Source: an uncultured archaeon (GTDB lineage: Archaea > Thermoplasmatota > Penumbrarchaeia > JASLWR01). From it: a DNA stretch of 64,000 bases. Of this stretch, positions 28,116-37,162 are shown in pieces (position 1 is the first letter of the stretch; each line of letters starts with the position of its first letter). The stretch spans positions 51,749 through 115,748 of the forward strand of contig CAYFHS010000001.1 in assembly GCA_964342815.1 (NCBI GenBank). Direction: 5' to 3'. The notes below the pieces were generated by a model that worked only from the letters and a program-made list of their open reading frames with translations, did no database searches and was not told where the DNA came from. The translations under genes and the position numbers were made by a program.

Positions 28116-29702
28116 ATGGTGTTTAAAGATTCATCGTCTATCGATCAACTAATGAAAAGAAGTGATATATTGCGGTTCTTTCTAAAGGGCAGATTGAAGT
28201 TGAGTAGATATGCAGAAGAGGCCGTGGACGACCTCGAAACATTTTTTACGGAAGCCAACGGCACGCTTCTTGCCAGAGGTGCCTCCCCGGGGGATGGAGC
28301 AAGGGTTCTGTCGTGGTCTCTTGAGGATGATGTAATCCATTTGGAGATAGGCAGCGAAGGGCCGATAAGGGCTCACGATGCGCTGCTTCGGTTAAAGAAC
28401 GGGATCGGCAGGGAACTGGGAAAGAAACACCGACTGGGTGTTCGAAACAGCTACGTTGATCTATACGAGATTACCTTTTCCCTGGAATACCCTCCCGTGG
28501 ATGAGCTGACGATCCCTTATGCTGCCTCTGTACGTTTCGAAGGGATGGAATGCACCCTTCGTCTTGAAAATGTCGATGAAGTGTTTCTCAGAGAGAATTA
28601 CATCGACCGAATGATCAGCCTTATCCGTGACAAGACTGCTGGCCAGCATTACAAGGGCAAGGGCGAATACTGGGAGGAAATATGGAGGTCGCCTCAGCGC
28701 GAAATCGTATATCAAAATGACCCTACAGAGGATATGGTTGAAAAGAAATGGATCAAACAGGGGCCCACAAAGGGAAAATGGTTTCTCCGGCCCGAGATCA
28801 CGAAGATAATGAGGATAATGGAGCAGATCGCCATCAATGAGGTTTTGGCTCCCCTGGGATTCCAGGAAATCATTGCCTCACATATGGTACCATTTGAAAT
28901 ATGGATAAAGACAGGTCATATGGCAGGCTCGCCAAATGAATTTTATTACGTGTCGGAACCCGCTACCAGAGATCCGGCGGCCTGGGAGACCTTCTCGGAC
29001 CTCGTGAAGATAACGCGAAAGGTTCCGTACGAGGAACTGGGAAAATGTCTGGCCGGACCCCGGGCCGGCATCTGTTATGCCCAGTGCCCTGTCATCTACT
29101 GGTCCTTCAAGAGCGAGACCCTGGCCGATGATTCCCTGCCCGTTCTTTTATTCGAACGGACCGCAAATTCGGGGAGGTATGAATCCGGGGGCCGACACGG
29201 TATGGAGCGGGTGGACGAGTTCCACCGCATAGAGCCAGTTTACATCGGGACGAAGGAGCAGATGCTGGAGATAAGGCATAAAATGCTCGATGCATACAAG
29301 CACGTGTTCAACGATATTCTGGAACTGGAATGGAGAATGGCAAGGGTCACACCCTTCTACATGCAGCAAAGTGGGGGATTCGGATTGGATGATCCGGGAT
29401 CCGAAGAAGAAACGGAAAAAAGCAAGGGGACCATCGATTTCGAGGCATATATGCCTTACAGGGGAGGGAGAGAGGATAGCGAGTGGCTCGAGTTCCAGAA
29501 TTTCTCCATAGTGGGGGATAAATACACCAGGGCTTTCAATATCAAATCCCAGACGAAAGAACTGTGGTCGGGCTGTTCGGGGATAGGTCTCGAGAGATGG
29601 AGCACGGCCTTCCTGGCGCAATATGGGCTATCACCTGACTCTTGGCCTTCGGAATTTCGAAGAATATACGGTAAGATGCCCAGCGGTATTCGTTTTCTAT
29701 AG
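28116..29702 (+). CDS. serS: Seryl-tRNA synthetase, methanogen (type 2) form
   Basis: Long N-terminal domain with RAHDALLR; CYAQCP, YESGG, RVDEFHRIE, LEFQN, WSGCSGIGLERW, consistent with the Cys/Glu/Cys zinc site of this class. Confidence 0.88.
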   Translation: MVFKDSSSIDQLMKRSDILRFFLKGRLKLSRYAEEAVDDLETFFTEANGTLLARGASPGDGARVLSWSLEDDVIHLEIGSEGPIRAHDALLRLKNGIGRELGKKHRLGVRNSYVDLYEITFSLEYPPVDELTIPYAASVRFEGMECTLRLENVDEVFLRENYIDRMISLIRDKTAGQHYKGKGEYWEEIWRSPQREIVYQNDPTEDMVEKKWIKQGPTKGKWFLRPEITKIMRIMEQIAINEVLAPLGFQEIIASHMVPFEIWIKTGHMAGSPNEFYYVSEPATRDPAAWETFSDLVKITRKVPYEELGKCLAGPRAGICYAQCPVIYWSFKSETLADDSLPVLLFERTANSGRYESGGRHGMERVDEFHRIEPVYIGTKEQMLEIRHKMLDAYKHVFNDILELEWRMARVTPFYMQQSGGFGLDDPGSEEETEKSKGTIDFEAYMPYRGGREDSEWLEFQNFSIVGDKYTRAFNIKSQTKELWSGCSGIGLERWSTAFLAQYGLSPDSWPSEFRRIYGKMPSGIRFL

Positions 29703-29777
29703 CTCCGTATCACTATTCTGATTTCCCACGCTTATGCTGGCTGCCGAATTACTCCAAAATACTTATAATAAACCAAC

Positions 29778-30503
29778 TTGATGTGGCCACTGATGGAATC
29801 CGTCATAGAGGTTGCGAAAGTACAGAAGGTATTCAACAAATTCCGGGCTCTTGATGACGTATCGTTCAAGGTTAAAAAGGGTGAGTTCTTCGGATGTTTT
29901 GGACCCAACGGTGCCGGGAAGACCACATTGATCCGCATTCTCACAGGACAGCTTCCAAGGACCAAGGGACACGTTCGTGTTCTGGGAATAGATCCAAGTG
30001 AAAATCCAATCGACGTAAAGAAGAGAATTGGTATCGTTCCCGAGTCTGAATCGCCTCCTTCCTTTTTGACGGGGTGGGAGTACCTCTATTTCGTTGCCCA
30101 TATTCGGCGATTGCCGAATATTGAGACGAAGATCAAACACTGGTTGGAATTTTTCGATATGACGGGACACGAGAGCACCATATGCAAGGATCTGTCCAAG
30201 GGAATGCGACAAAAGCTGATGCTGTCTGCGGCTCTAATACACGAACCGGAGCTTCTGATTCTAGACGAACCGCTGATAAACCTCGATCCGATATATCAGA
30301 GAAGGGTCAAAGACCATCTCAAAAATTATGCAAAGAAGAGGACCGTGTTCATGTGCACGCATATTCTCGAAGCTGCTGAGAAACTTTGCGGCAATTCCGT
30401 CATCCTGAACAAGGGCAAGATTGTGGGCAGGGGTAAGATCGCACAGCTTCGTGCCAAGGATAGCGAGAACCTTGAAGATATTTTCCTTAGACTAGTAGAA
30501 TAG
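29778..30503 (+). CDS. ABC transporter ATP-binding protein
   Basis: GPNGAGKT, LSKGMRQK, LILDEP. Confidence 0.92.
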   Translation: MMWPLMESVIEVAKVQKVFNKFRALDDVSFKVKKGEFFGCFGPNGAGKTTLIRILTGQLPRTKGHVRVLGIDPSENPIDVKKRIGIVPESESPPSFLTGWEYLYFVAHIRRLPNIETKIKHWLEFFDMTGHESTICKDLSKGMRQKLMLSAALIHEPELLILDEPLINLDPIYQRRVKDHLKNYAKKRTVFMCTHILEAAEKLCGNSVILNKGKIVGRGKIAQLRAKDSENLEDIFLRLVE

Positions 30504-30617
30504 GCGAGACCGCAAAAGGCTGAAATTTATTCCTAACAGCAATCAAAATCTATATATATAAATCGCACCATCTTGCGCATTCCAAATTTTTTTTCCATTC
30601 AATGAAGGTGTTTTCCG

Positions 30618-33473
30618 GTGAATCCTGGTGACCCCCATGATGACGGGACCGATAGAGCTGTCGAGGTGGAACCCCTCACCCCAAAACACAATAGAGCGGT
30701 TGGAAAGATCGACGGATACCTTGATACTGCTCTGTCTAGGTTTATGGGGAGGGCGAGAAATTCCCAGGAAAAATATCAAGAGGTCGCCCCGAAGATAAAA
30801 ACGAAGGTGGCGGGGGTGGCAAAGGAGGGTGCGGACATATTAAGATCCCTGGACAAAAAAGGGGACGAGATGTCCGGCAGGATAAAGGTATCCAAATTCA
30901 CCGATTGGTTTCTCACTCCCCTGCTGAACCATCCCAGGATCCCTCTTATGGTGATCATCTTTATTGTTTTAATAGCCAGCATGGGTATACTGAACATCAG
31001 AGGGAACATACGGGGCGATATGGAAGTTTATCTTCCTTTGGACGAGGAGATCACTGACGTTATTGAAGAGGTAAGGGAAGATTGGACAATCGACATACTG
31101 ATGTTGTACGTGGAAACTAACAATGTGAAGGACCGTACCGACGAGACCAACATCACCGACATCAATGTATTGAAGGAAATGTCCGAGATAGAGGAAACGT
31201 TGAACCACCAGAGAGGTGACAAAGGGGTGAACGATACCGTACTTTTCGTCTTATCGCTATCAACGCTGGTAAAGGAATTGAACTCAACCCCATCAAGACT
31301 CACCAATGCCATTCTCGACGAGTTACTTCCACCCGAGATCGATAATCCGGAGTACCGATTATTACCCGGAGAATATGCTATTCCCAACAGCCAGGATACG
31401 GTTGACTCCATGTTTACCCAGATACCGTCCGAATCATTGTCCGCAATGGTGGCTGATACCAATGGTGACGGAACGTTTGATTCAGCCATCATCATCATAG
31501 GCATGGCAAAGGACGTTGACCAAGCCGATTTCATGAAAAAGGTCGAGGGAGCCATCGGTGACCTGTCCTTCTGCGAAATAACGGCAACGGGACCCATTCC
31601 CATGACCCAGGTGGTCACCGAGAGAACCTATGAAGAAATGACCAGGGTGTTACCCATTTCCATTCTGCTGATAGCTTTCTCGCTTTTTTTGTTTCACCGG
31701 AACTGGAAGATACTGATCATCGAAGGCGTTCCGCTGATCTCGGAGCTTATCATCACCTTCGGCGTCATAGGAGCGCTGAACCTGGACCTCACACCCCAGG
31801 TAGTGCTCGTGGCTCCCATCATCGCCGCGCTGGGGGTGGCCAACGGCCTCTATATTACGAACAAATACATGGAAGAATCCCACATAAAGGACGAAAAACT
31901 CCGAATGAGGGTGACGATCCACGGCACTGCCCGACCCATCCTTTTGGCAGCGGCTACCACCTCCTTTGGATTTGCATCACTGATGACCATAAACATGCTG
32001 CCCATGAAGGTATTGGGATTCGGCCTTGCCTTTGGTATTGTGGTCGATTACATCGTGACCTTCCTTACAGTACCTGCACTCATTAGGCTGTTAAAATATG
32101 AGAAGAAGACGAAGGTGGACAAGGAAGGATGGCTATCCCGGCTTCCCGTGAACCATTCGAAGAAGATACTTCTCGTGGTGGGCATTCTGGTTTTTTCCTC
32201 CATTGTCATGATATGGTATCCAGGAGTGGAGGCAAACATGGACTACATGGCCATGTCGCCCCAGGACGAGCCAGTGATACTGAAGATGGAGGACTACACG
32301 GAGAAATTCGGCGGTGGGCAGATAAACATGTTCTTGGTAAGGGGAAGGCCTGGGGTGGATGATAACTACGATGAAAAGACGGATCAGTTTGAGGCTAGGT
32401 ACAGTTTGAAGGATGTTGAATTGTTGGACAACCTGGATTATCTCCAGGTTCAGATAAACGGCAATCCCAACAAACCCGAGGACCTTGGTATTGAGAATTC
32501 GGTATCCATAGGTATAACCGATATAATGAAAGCCATCCAGATGCCCAATATCACCGATATCGACCAGATCGAGGATCTATTTGAAAGCGTCCCGGTACTG
32601 GAAGAGTTGTTTTATAGTTATTTTAACGAAAATTATACTTTCTGGGAGCTTCTGCATAATACTAATATCGACGAACAGAGACAAACCCAGCTTTTGAACG
32701 TATTTTACAATACCATAACCTACGAGATGCGCGGAATGCTGGTGAACGACGATTATTCCCGGACTCTTGTATACGTAACCATGCCGAATATGGACACGGT
32801 GGATACGGAAAAGGCTGTGAACCAGGTGGATGATGCACTAAAGAAGTACCCGGTGGGGGACTCGACTTCCGTCCTCACGGGTTTTGGTCCAATTGTTGTA
32901 ACAGTGAACAACCTTCTTGTGGAGAGCAGTCTTATCAGTACCGTGATGGCTATACTAGTGGTGTTCACGTTGCTTGTGATCGCCTTTAGGTCTTTTAAAT
33001 ATTCTCTTATCACCGTCATCCCGGTGATATTCGTGGTGCTGCTCCAGCCCATTACTTTCTATTACATAAGATATATCGGTGCTGCTTTCAACTGGGAGTT
33101 CACAGGCGTACTGAACCTTTTCACCGCTATGATAGGTGCCATCATCATAGGATTGGGAATTGATTTTGCCATTCATATGACCGAGACCATACGGGAAAAG
33201 GGGACAACCATATATGCGGTAAAGAGCGGTGTGACCACAACGGGAAGAAGTTTTCTCGAGACCACCATAACCATGATAATGGGTATCTCGGCTGTGTTAC
33301 TAGTGAATATTGTTTCCATACGCGAGTTCATTTTTCTGATAGCGATCCTACTTTTCTACTCTATGGTGGGTGGTCTGGTCATTCTGCCCAGCCTGTTCAC
33401 ATATTATATAAGAAGCCGGACGGAGTCGGCTGAAAGGAAGGAAGCTGCCAGACGGGAAGAAAAAGCTGCTTGA
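30618..33473 (+). CDS. MMPL/RND-family transporter (second paralog)
   Basis: Duplicated 1+5 TM layout; ALGVANGLYI and GLGIDFAIH. Confidence 0.87.
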   Translation: MNPGDPHDDGTDRAVEVEPLTPKHNRAVGKIDGYLDTALSRFMGRARNSQEKYQEVAPKIKTKVAGVAKEGADILRSLDKKGDEMSGRIKVSKFTDWFLTPLLNHPRIPLMVIIFIVLIASMGILNIRGNIRGDMEVYLPLDEEITDVIEEVREDWTIDILMLYVETNNVKDRTDETNITDINVLKEMSEIEETLNHQRGDKGVNDTVLFVLSLSTLVKELNSTPSRLTNAILDELLPPEIDNPEYRLLPGEYAIPNSQDTVDSMFTQIPSESLSAMVADTNGDGTFDSAIIIIGMAKDVDQADFMKKVEGAIGDLSFCEITATGPIPMTQVVTERTYEEMTRVLPISILLIAFSLFLFHRNWKILIIEGVPLISELIITFGVIGALNLDLTPQVVLVAPIIAALGVANGLYITNKYMEESHIKDEKLRMRVTIHGTARPILLAAATTSFGFASLMTINMLPMKVLGFGLAFGIVVDYIVTFLTVPALIRLLKYEKKTKVDKEGWLSRLPVNHSKKILLVVGILVFSSIVMIWYPGVEANMDYMAMSPQDEPVILKMEDYTEKFGGGQINMFLVRGRPGVDDNYDEKTDQFEARYSLKDVELLDNLDYLQVQINGNPNKPEDLGIENSVSIGITDIMKAIQMPNITDIDQIEDLFESVPVLEELFYSYFNENYTFWELLHNTNIDEQRQTQLLNVFYNTITYEMRGMLVNDDYSRTLVYVTMPNMDTVDTEKAVNQVDDALKKYPVGDSTSVLTGFGPIVVTVNNLLVESSLISTVMAILVVFTLLVIAFRSFKYSLITVIPVIFVVLLQPITFYYIRYIGAAFNWEFTGVLNLFTAMIGAIIIGLGIDFAIHMTETIREKGTTIYAVKSGVTTTGRSFLETTITMIMGISAVLLVNIVSIREFIFLIAILLFYSMVGGLVILPSLFTYYIRSRTESAERKEAARREEKAA

Positions 33474-33485
33474 GGAAGTATTTAT

Positions 33486-34268
33486 ATGAGGGCTCTAGGG
33501 AAATGCATTATAATATCGCTCCTGATCGTTGCTATTGTATTCATGGGGTGTACCGGGAATGACGAGAAGCTCAACGATAATGAAAACAATAACGGGAATG
33601 GCGACGGCGATATGGATGGGAATGGGAATGTATCACCCCATGCTTCCATGTGGTTCCCGCGGAGCGCTGTCGTTGGTCAATCGGTCAAGTTCGATGCTTC
33701 GAACTCAAGCGATCCGGATGGTGAGATCGTAGAGTTCTTCTGGGATTTTGGCGATGGCAGCAATGACACGGGAAAGATTGTTTATCACACGTACGAGATT
33801 GCTTCCTATATGGGCGTTTCGCTGAGGGTCACCGATGACGACGGGTATGTCGATTTCACATCCGATTCCATCAGCATCACGGAAGATGGAACTAATGGAA
33901 CACAGCTAACGGCGCCCGAAGCTGATCTAAGCTGCAGGAAGATCGAAAAGATACCCGGAATAGTGAAATATTTCATTACCGTCTCCAATGTAACGGGAGA
34001 TAATACCGAGATAGTCAATATGAACTATTCGATAATTGATGGGGGCAGCAATGAAATTCTTTTAAATGGGTCGCTTACTGAAGCAACCCAAAGTTCGGAT
34101 AACGGCGTGGCTTTTGCTACCTTTGACTACTATCTGAGTGACGGCGACCTTTTTACCATTTCACCGGAGACCATACCTGGACTGGATGATGGGGATATTT
34201 TCCGGATAGATTTTATTCCGAACGGCGACGTGGTGGGCGCCTGCCTGCTTGGGACCGATGGATTATAA
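33486..34268 (+). CDS. Putative lipoprotein with PKD domain
   Basis: Lipobox-like VFMGC; FDASNSSDPDGEIVEFFWDFGDG. Confidence 0.82.
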   Translation: MRALGKCIIISLLIVAIVFMGCTGNDEKLNDNENNNGNGDGDMDGNGNVSPHASMWFPRSAVVGQSVKFDASNSSDPDGEIVEFFWDFGDGSNDTGKIVYHTYEIASYMGVSLRVTDDDGYVDFTSDSISITEDGTNGTQLTAPEADLSCRKIEKIPGIVKYFITVSNVTGDNTEIVNMNYSIIDGGSNEILLNGSLTEATQSSDNGVAFATFDYYLSDGDLFTISPETIPGLDDGDIFRIDFIPNGDVVGACLLGTDGL

Positions 34269-34329
34269 TTCGACATTTGCGTTTGGGGTAATAAAACAGT
34301 CTTGTACCGAAGCGGAAATTTTATCCGTA

Positions 34330-34610
34330 AGAAACAGCAGAAGACCCCCGTTTTAAACGGGGGATGAATGGACCTGTAGCTAGACTTGGCGAAGATGCAG
34401 CAAAGCCTGAAAGGGTTTGCGTAATGAAATGCGCATCTTCGGCTGTTTCTGAGGATGATACCCACATTTCATACGTAGAAAACCGGTTCGGTTTTCGAGG
34501 ATGTAGCAATGCCCGTAGACGTACTTGTCGAGGGCACAGGAATGCCTGAAGGGTATTTCAGAGCGCAGTGGGTGCCAAAGGTGTTGCGGAGCGAAGCGGG
34601 CAAATGTGGG
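34330..34610. mobile_element. Highly structured non-coding element with an IS200/IS605-end-like hairpin (non-autonomous element or orphan RNA)
   Basis: Perfect stems AGAAACAGC/GCTGTTTCT, CCCCCGTTT/AAACGGGGG, CGAAGATGC/GCATCTTCG, GAAAACCG/CGGTTTTC, CCCACATTT/AAATGTGGG; lies between convergent genes; no transposase ORF. Confidence 0.45.
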
Positions 34611-34614
34611 TTGT

Positions 34615-35865
34615 TCATTTTACCTTTATAGAAAACCGTTCGATATAATCGCCAAATCTTTTAATTATCTCGTCGCGGTCCAGGCCGAACTGTTCCGGAC
34701 TGTAGCGATGTTTCCCAGGCTTATCGCCACGGTGTCGCTGAAGATATTCACGGACTCTCCCGTCGGATTCCTTGTCGTATGGAAGGTTAAAATACCTCTT
34801 TATATCAGAGACGGCACGGGGAATGTTCTCAATCAAGGTCTCGAAATTTATGTCATAGAATCGATCATCTCCCTCAAGCTGGCGGAATTTCATTAGCTCA
34901 TCTACCCCGGAATGGAATCGGTCCTCCATCATTTCACCCACCAGTTCCGCATCGATATGTCCGTAAAAAATTCTCCGCCCGAGCCCCATGAGACTGCAGA
35001 AGGAGGCAATGCTGTTCACGGGATTGCGGTGCGACCATACTATGCAGGCATCCGGAAAGGTCTTGAGTATGAATTTGAGATTCCATATGTGAGATGGACA
35101 TTTCAGAACGAATCTCTCGGTTGGAGTGACATGGGCCTGGATCTGCAGCATGCGCTTGTAGTCCTCGAACACCCAGGTTCGGTCCATTGCCATGAGCCAT
35201 TGGTTCCACTGGTGGAGGCCTGTTGCTATATCCGTGTTCCCCAGGGCCAGGGTGTTTGCCAGCAGTATCCAGCACTCTTCTACGGAATCTGCCTTTACCT
35301 CATGGGCCACAGACATTTCGGGTACTCCAACTCTGATCAGGCGGAGCGGTAGGTCAACCTTGCGGATACGCAGTTTACGGTCAAGCTCACGGGATTCATG
35401 CAGCGGGTACGGTGTTGCAAGTTCCCACAGATACAATGCCCGATAAGCGGGCCCCAGGGAAAGAACGTTCTGCAAGAGGGTGGTCCCGGTACGGGGGAAA
35501 CCCACGACGAAAACGGGTGACTCTATGGGGATATTTTCCACATCGGAATTTCTTCGAATGTAGTCCTCAATGTACAGCCGGTTCATGGCGGTCTTGAGCG
35601 CAAGAAAATATATAGCGTAGATCCCGAGGGGAGTTATTTCCGTATTTCGCGCATTATCTATCAAGCGGTCGAGAACCTCGACATATTTCTCGTTGCCGAG
35701 ATCGGTCAATCCCGTTTTCATCCGGGCCCGCTCGAGGATGGAATCCCGGTCGAGCTCCCAAATTTTCAGCCCCAATTTCTTACCAATGTCCATCAGCATA
35801 TTAACAAGTTTTACAGAGGGCTGCGCTTCCATACGGTTGACCGTGTAATGCGGGATCCCGTCCAT
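34615..35865 (-). CDS. PAPS-dependent sulfotransferase (Sulfotransfer_3 / Stf3-like)
   Basis: PVFVVGFPRTGTT (5'-PSB loop), VLKCPSH, HRNPVNSIAS (3'-PB), GKHRYS. Confidence 0.88.
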   Translation of the reverse strand: MDGIPHYTVNRMEAQPSVKLVNMLMDIGKKLGLKIWELDRDSILERARMKTGLTDLGNEKYVEVLDRLIDNARNTEITPLGIYAIYFLALKTAMNRLYIEDYIRRNSDVENIPIESPVFVVGFPRTGTTLLQNVLSLGPAYRALYLWELATPYPLHESRELDRKLRIRKVDLPLRLIRVGVPEMSVAHEVKADSVEECWILLANTLALGNTDIATGLHQWNQWLMAMDRTWVFEDYKRMLQIQAHVTPTERFVLKCPSHIWNLKFILKTFPDACIVWSHRNPVNSIASFCSLMGLGRRIFYGHIDAELVGEMMEDRFHSGVDELMKFRQLEGDDRFYDINFETLIENIPRAVSDIKRYFNLPYDKESDGRVREYLQRHRGDKPGKHRYSPEQFGLDRDEIIKRFGDYIERFSIKVK

Positions 35866-36113
35866 GATGGGGTATTGGAGTAAAATTAGAAAAGAATTTC
35901 GGCAGTTACTAAGTACACCTGTGAAACCGATATCCGAAATTATTTATACTATTCGATTGTTTATGCGGCAAAATAGATTTTAATCGAATAGATTATTAAA
36001 GATTATAATTTAATATTATTGAGTATAAAATAGACAGATTAGACTTGAGCTTTGAATCAAATCGAATCATTCTATATTATAATATGATTGTTAAATTAGG
36101 GAAGTGAGAATGA

Positions 36114-36386
36114 ATGATAATAAGTAAAGTGATCGGAACTCCCACCTCGACATTCAAGATAAAGGAGCTAAACGGCAGTAAATTACTGGTCGTTCTACCT
36201 TTGAATCCCATGAATATGAGACCCGAGGGAACACCTTTCATCTGCGAGGACAGGCTGGGAGCCGGGAGGGGTAATCTCGTCCTGATCAGCAGCACCAACC
36301 GCAAGGGCAGCCTGGTGGATGCCTGTGTGGTGGGTATACTGGATTCGCTGGAGATAGAGAACCGGGTGGTCTACGAAACGGAATGA
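36114..36386 (+). CDS. Microcompartment vertex protein, EutN/CcmL family (BMC-P)
   Basis: MIISKVIG...T.K...GSKLLVV.P....G......D.LGAG.G.LVL......VDACVVGILD over 90 aa. Confidence 0.9.
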   Translation: MIISKVIGTPTSTFKIKELNGSKLLVVLPLNPMNMRPEGTPFICEDRLGAGRGNLVLISSTNRKGSLVDACVVGILDSLEIENRVVYETE

Positions 36387-36569
36387 GCATAAACCGACAG
36401 AGCCCTATAATTTTCGATCAAATAATTGGAATAGCTTTCATTTGGATAATCGAATTATTTCGTAACAAAATGAGATTAGTTGCCTTGCAAAAATAATTAC
36501 AATCAATTAATATTTGAACTCTTTACGAATCTAAAAAAACAATAATAATAAAAAACGGACCGGGATAAT

Positions 36570-37109
36570 TTGGTAAGTTTTGGAATAATTGAGATGCGCT
36601 CACCCGTCAAGGGATTGAAACTCGTCGCTGAGGTCCAGACCGGAGGCGATGTGGAGCCCATAATGATAAAGGCGGATGATCCGAAATATTTCATTGTCAT
36701 ATTCCGAGGAAGGCGGGACGAGCTTATTACCGTACTCGACGCGGTTTATAAAAGCAACGGGCGTGATTACCTAAAAAAGACTATTATACCATCACCTCAC
36801 CCGGAGCTTTTAGAGGTCCTTCTGCTGAAAGGTACCGGAGAAAACGTGAAGCATCTAGGATTGATGGAGATCAATGGTTACGGAGCAATGATGAAATGTG
36901 CCGATATTGTTCTGAAGACCCCCGCAATGGCGGTTCTGAGCATTGTTTTCGATACTTTGACGGGAACAGGTCAATTAGCCATAGCAGGCGTGGACACGGT
37001 TTTTCCGTCGCTGTTCATGGAGATGAGAGGGATCTGCGGCAGCCTGAATATACGAAGCGCATCCGTGATCAGCACCCCTGGAAAAAAGATCATAGAGGCA
37101 ATTTTGTAA
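36570..37109 (+). CDS. Divergent tandem BMC-domain shell protein (BMC-T-like)
   Basis: Two BMC-like halves: SFGIIEMRS...IIPSPHPELL and HLGLMEINGYGAMMKCADIVLK...VISTP; TTG start. Confidence 0.72.
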   Translation: MVSFGIIEMRSPVKGLKLVAEVQTGGDVEPIMIKADDPKYFIVIFRGRRDELITVLDAVYKSNGRDYLKKTIIPSPHPELLEVLLLKGTGENVKHLGLMEINGYGAMMKCADIVLKTPAMAVLSIVFDTLTGTGQLAIAGVDTVFPSLFMEMRGICGSLNIRSASVISTPGKKIIEAIL

Positions 37110-37162
37110 ACGTGGCAGTATTTACGATTAATGATATTGAATAAATGAATAGAGGTGAATAT

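Noticed and set aside
34330-34610. RNase P RNA or SRP RNA (size fits)
   Set aside because: Neither strand shows the RNase P GAGGAAAGUCC / AACAGAA-type boxes or the SRP helix-8 motif.
35770-35865. Encapsulation peptide at the sulfotransferase N-terminus
   Set aside because: The amphipathic helix (SVKLVNMLMDIGKKLG) resembles the normal N-terminal region of this enzyme family as I recall it, so it is not evidence of BMC cargo.
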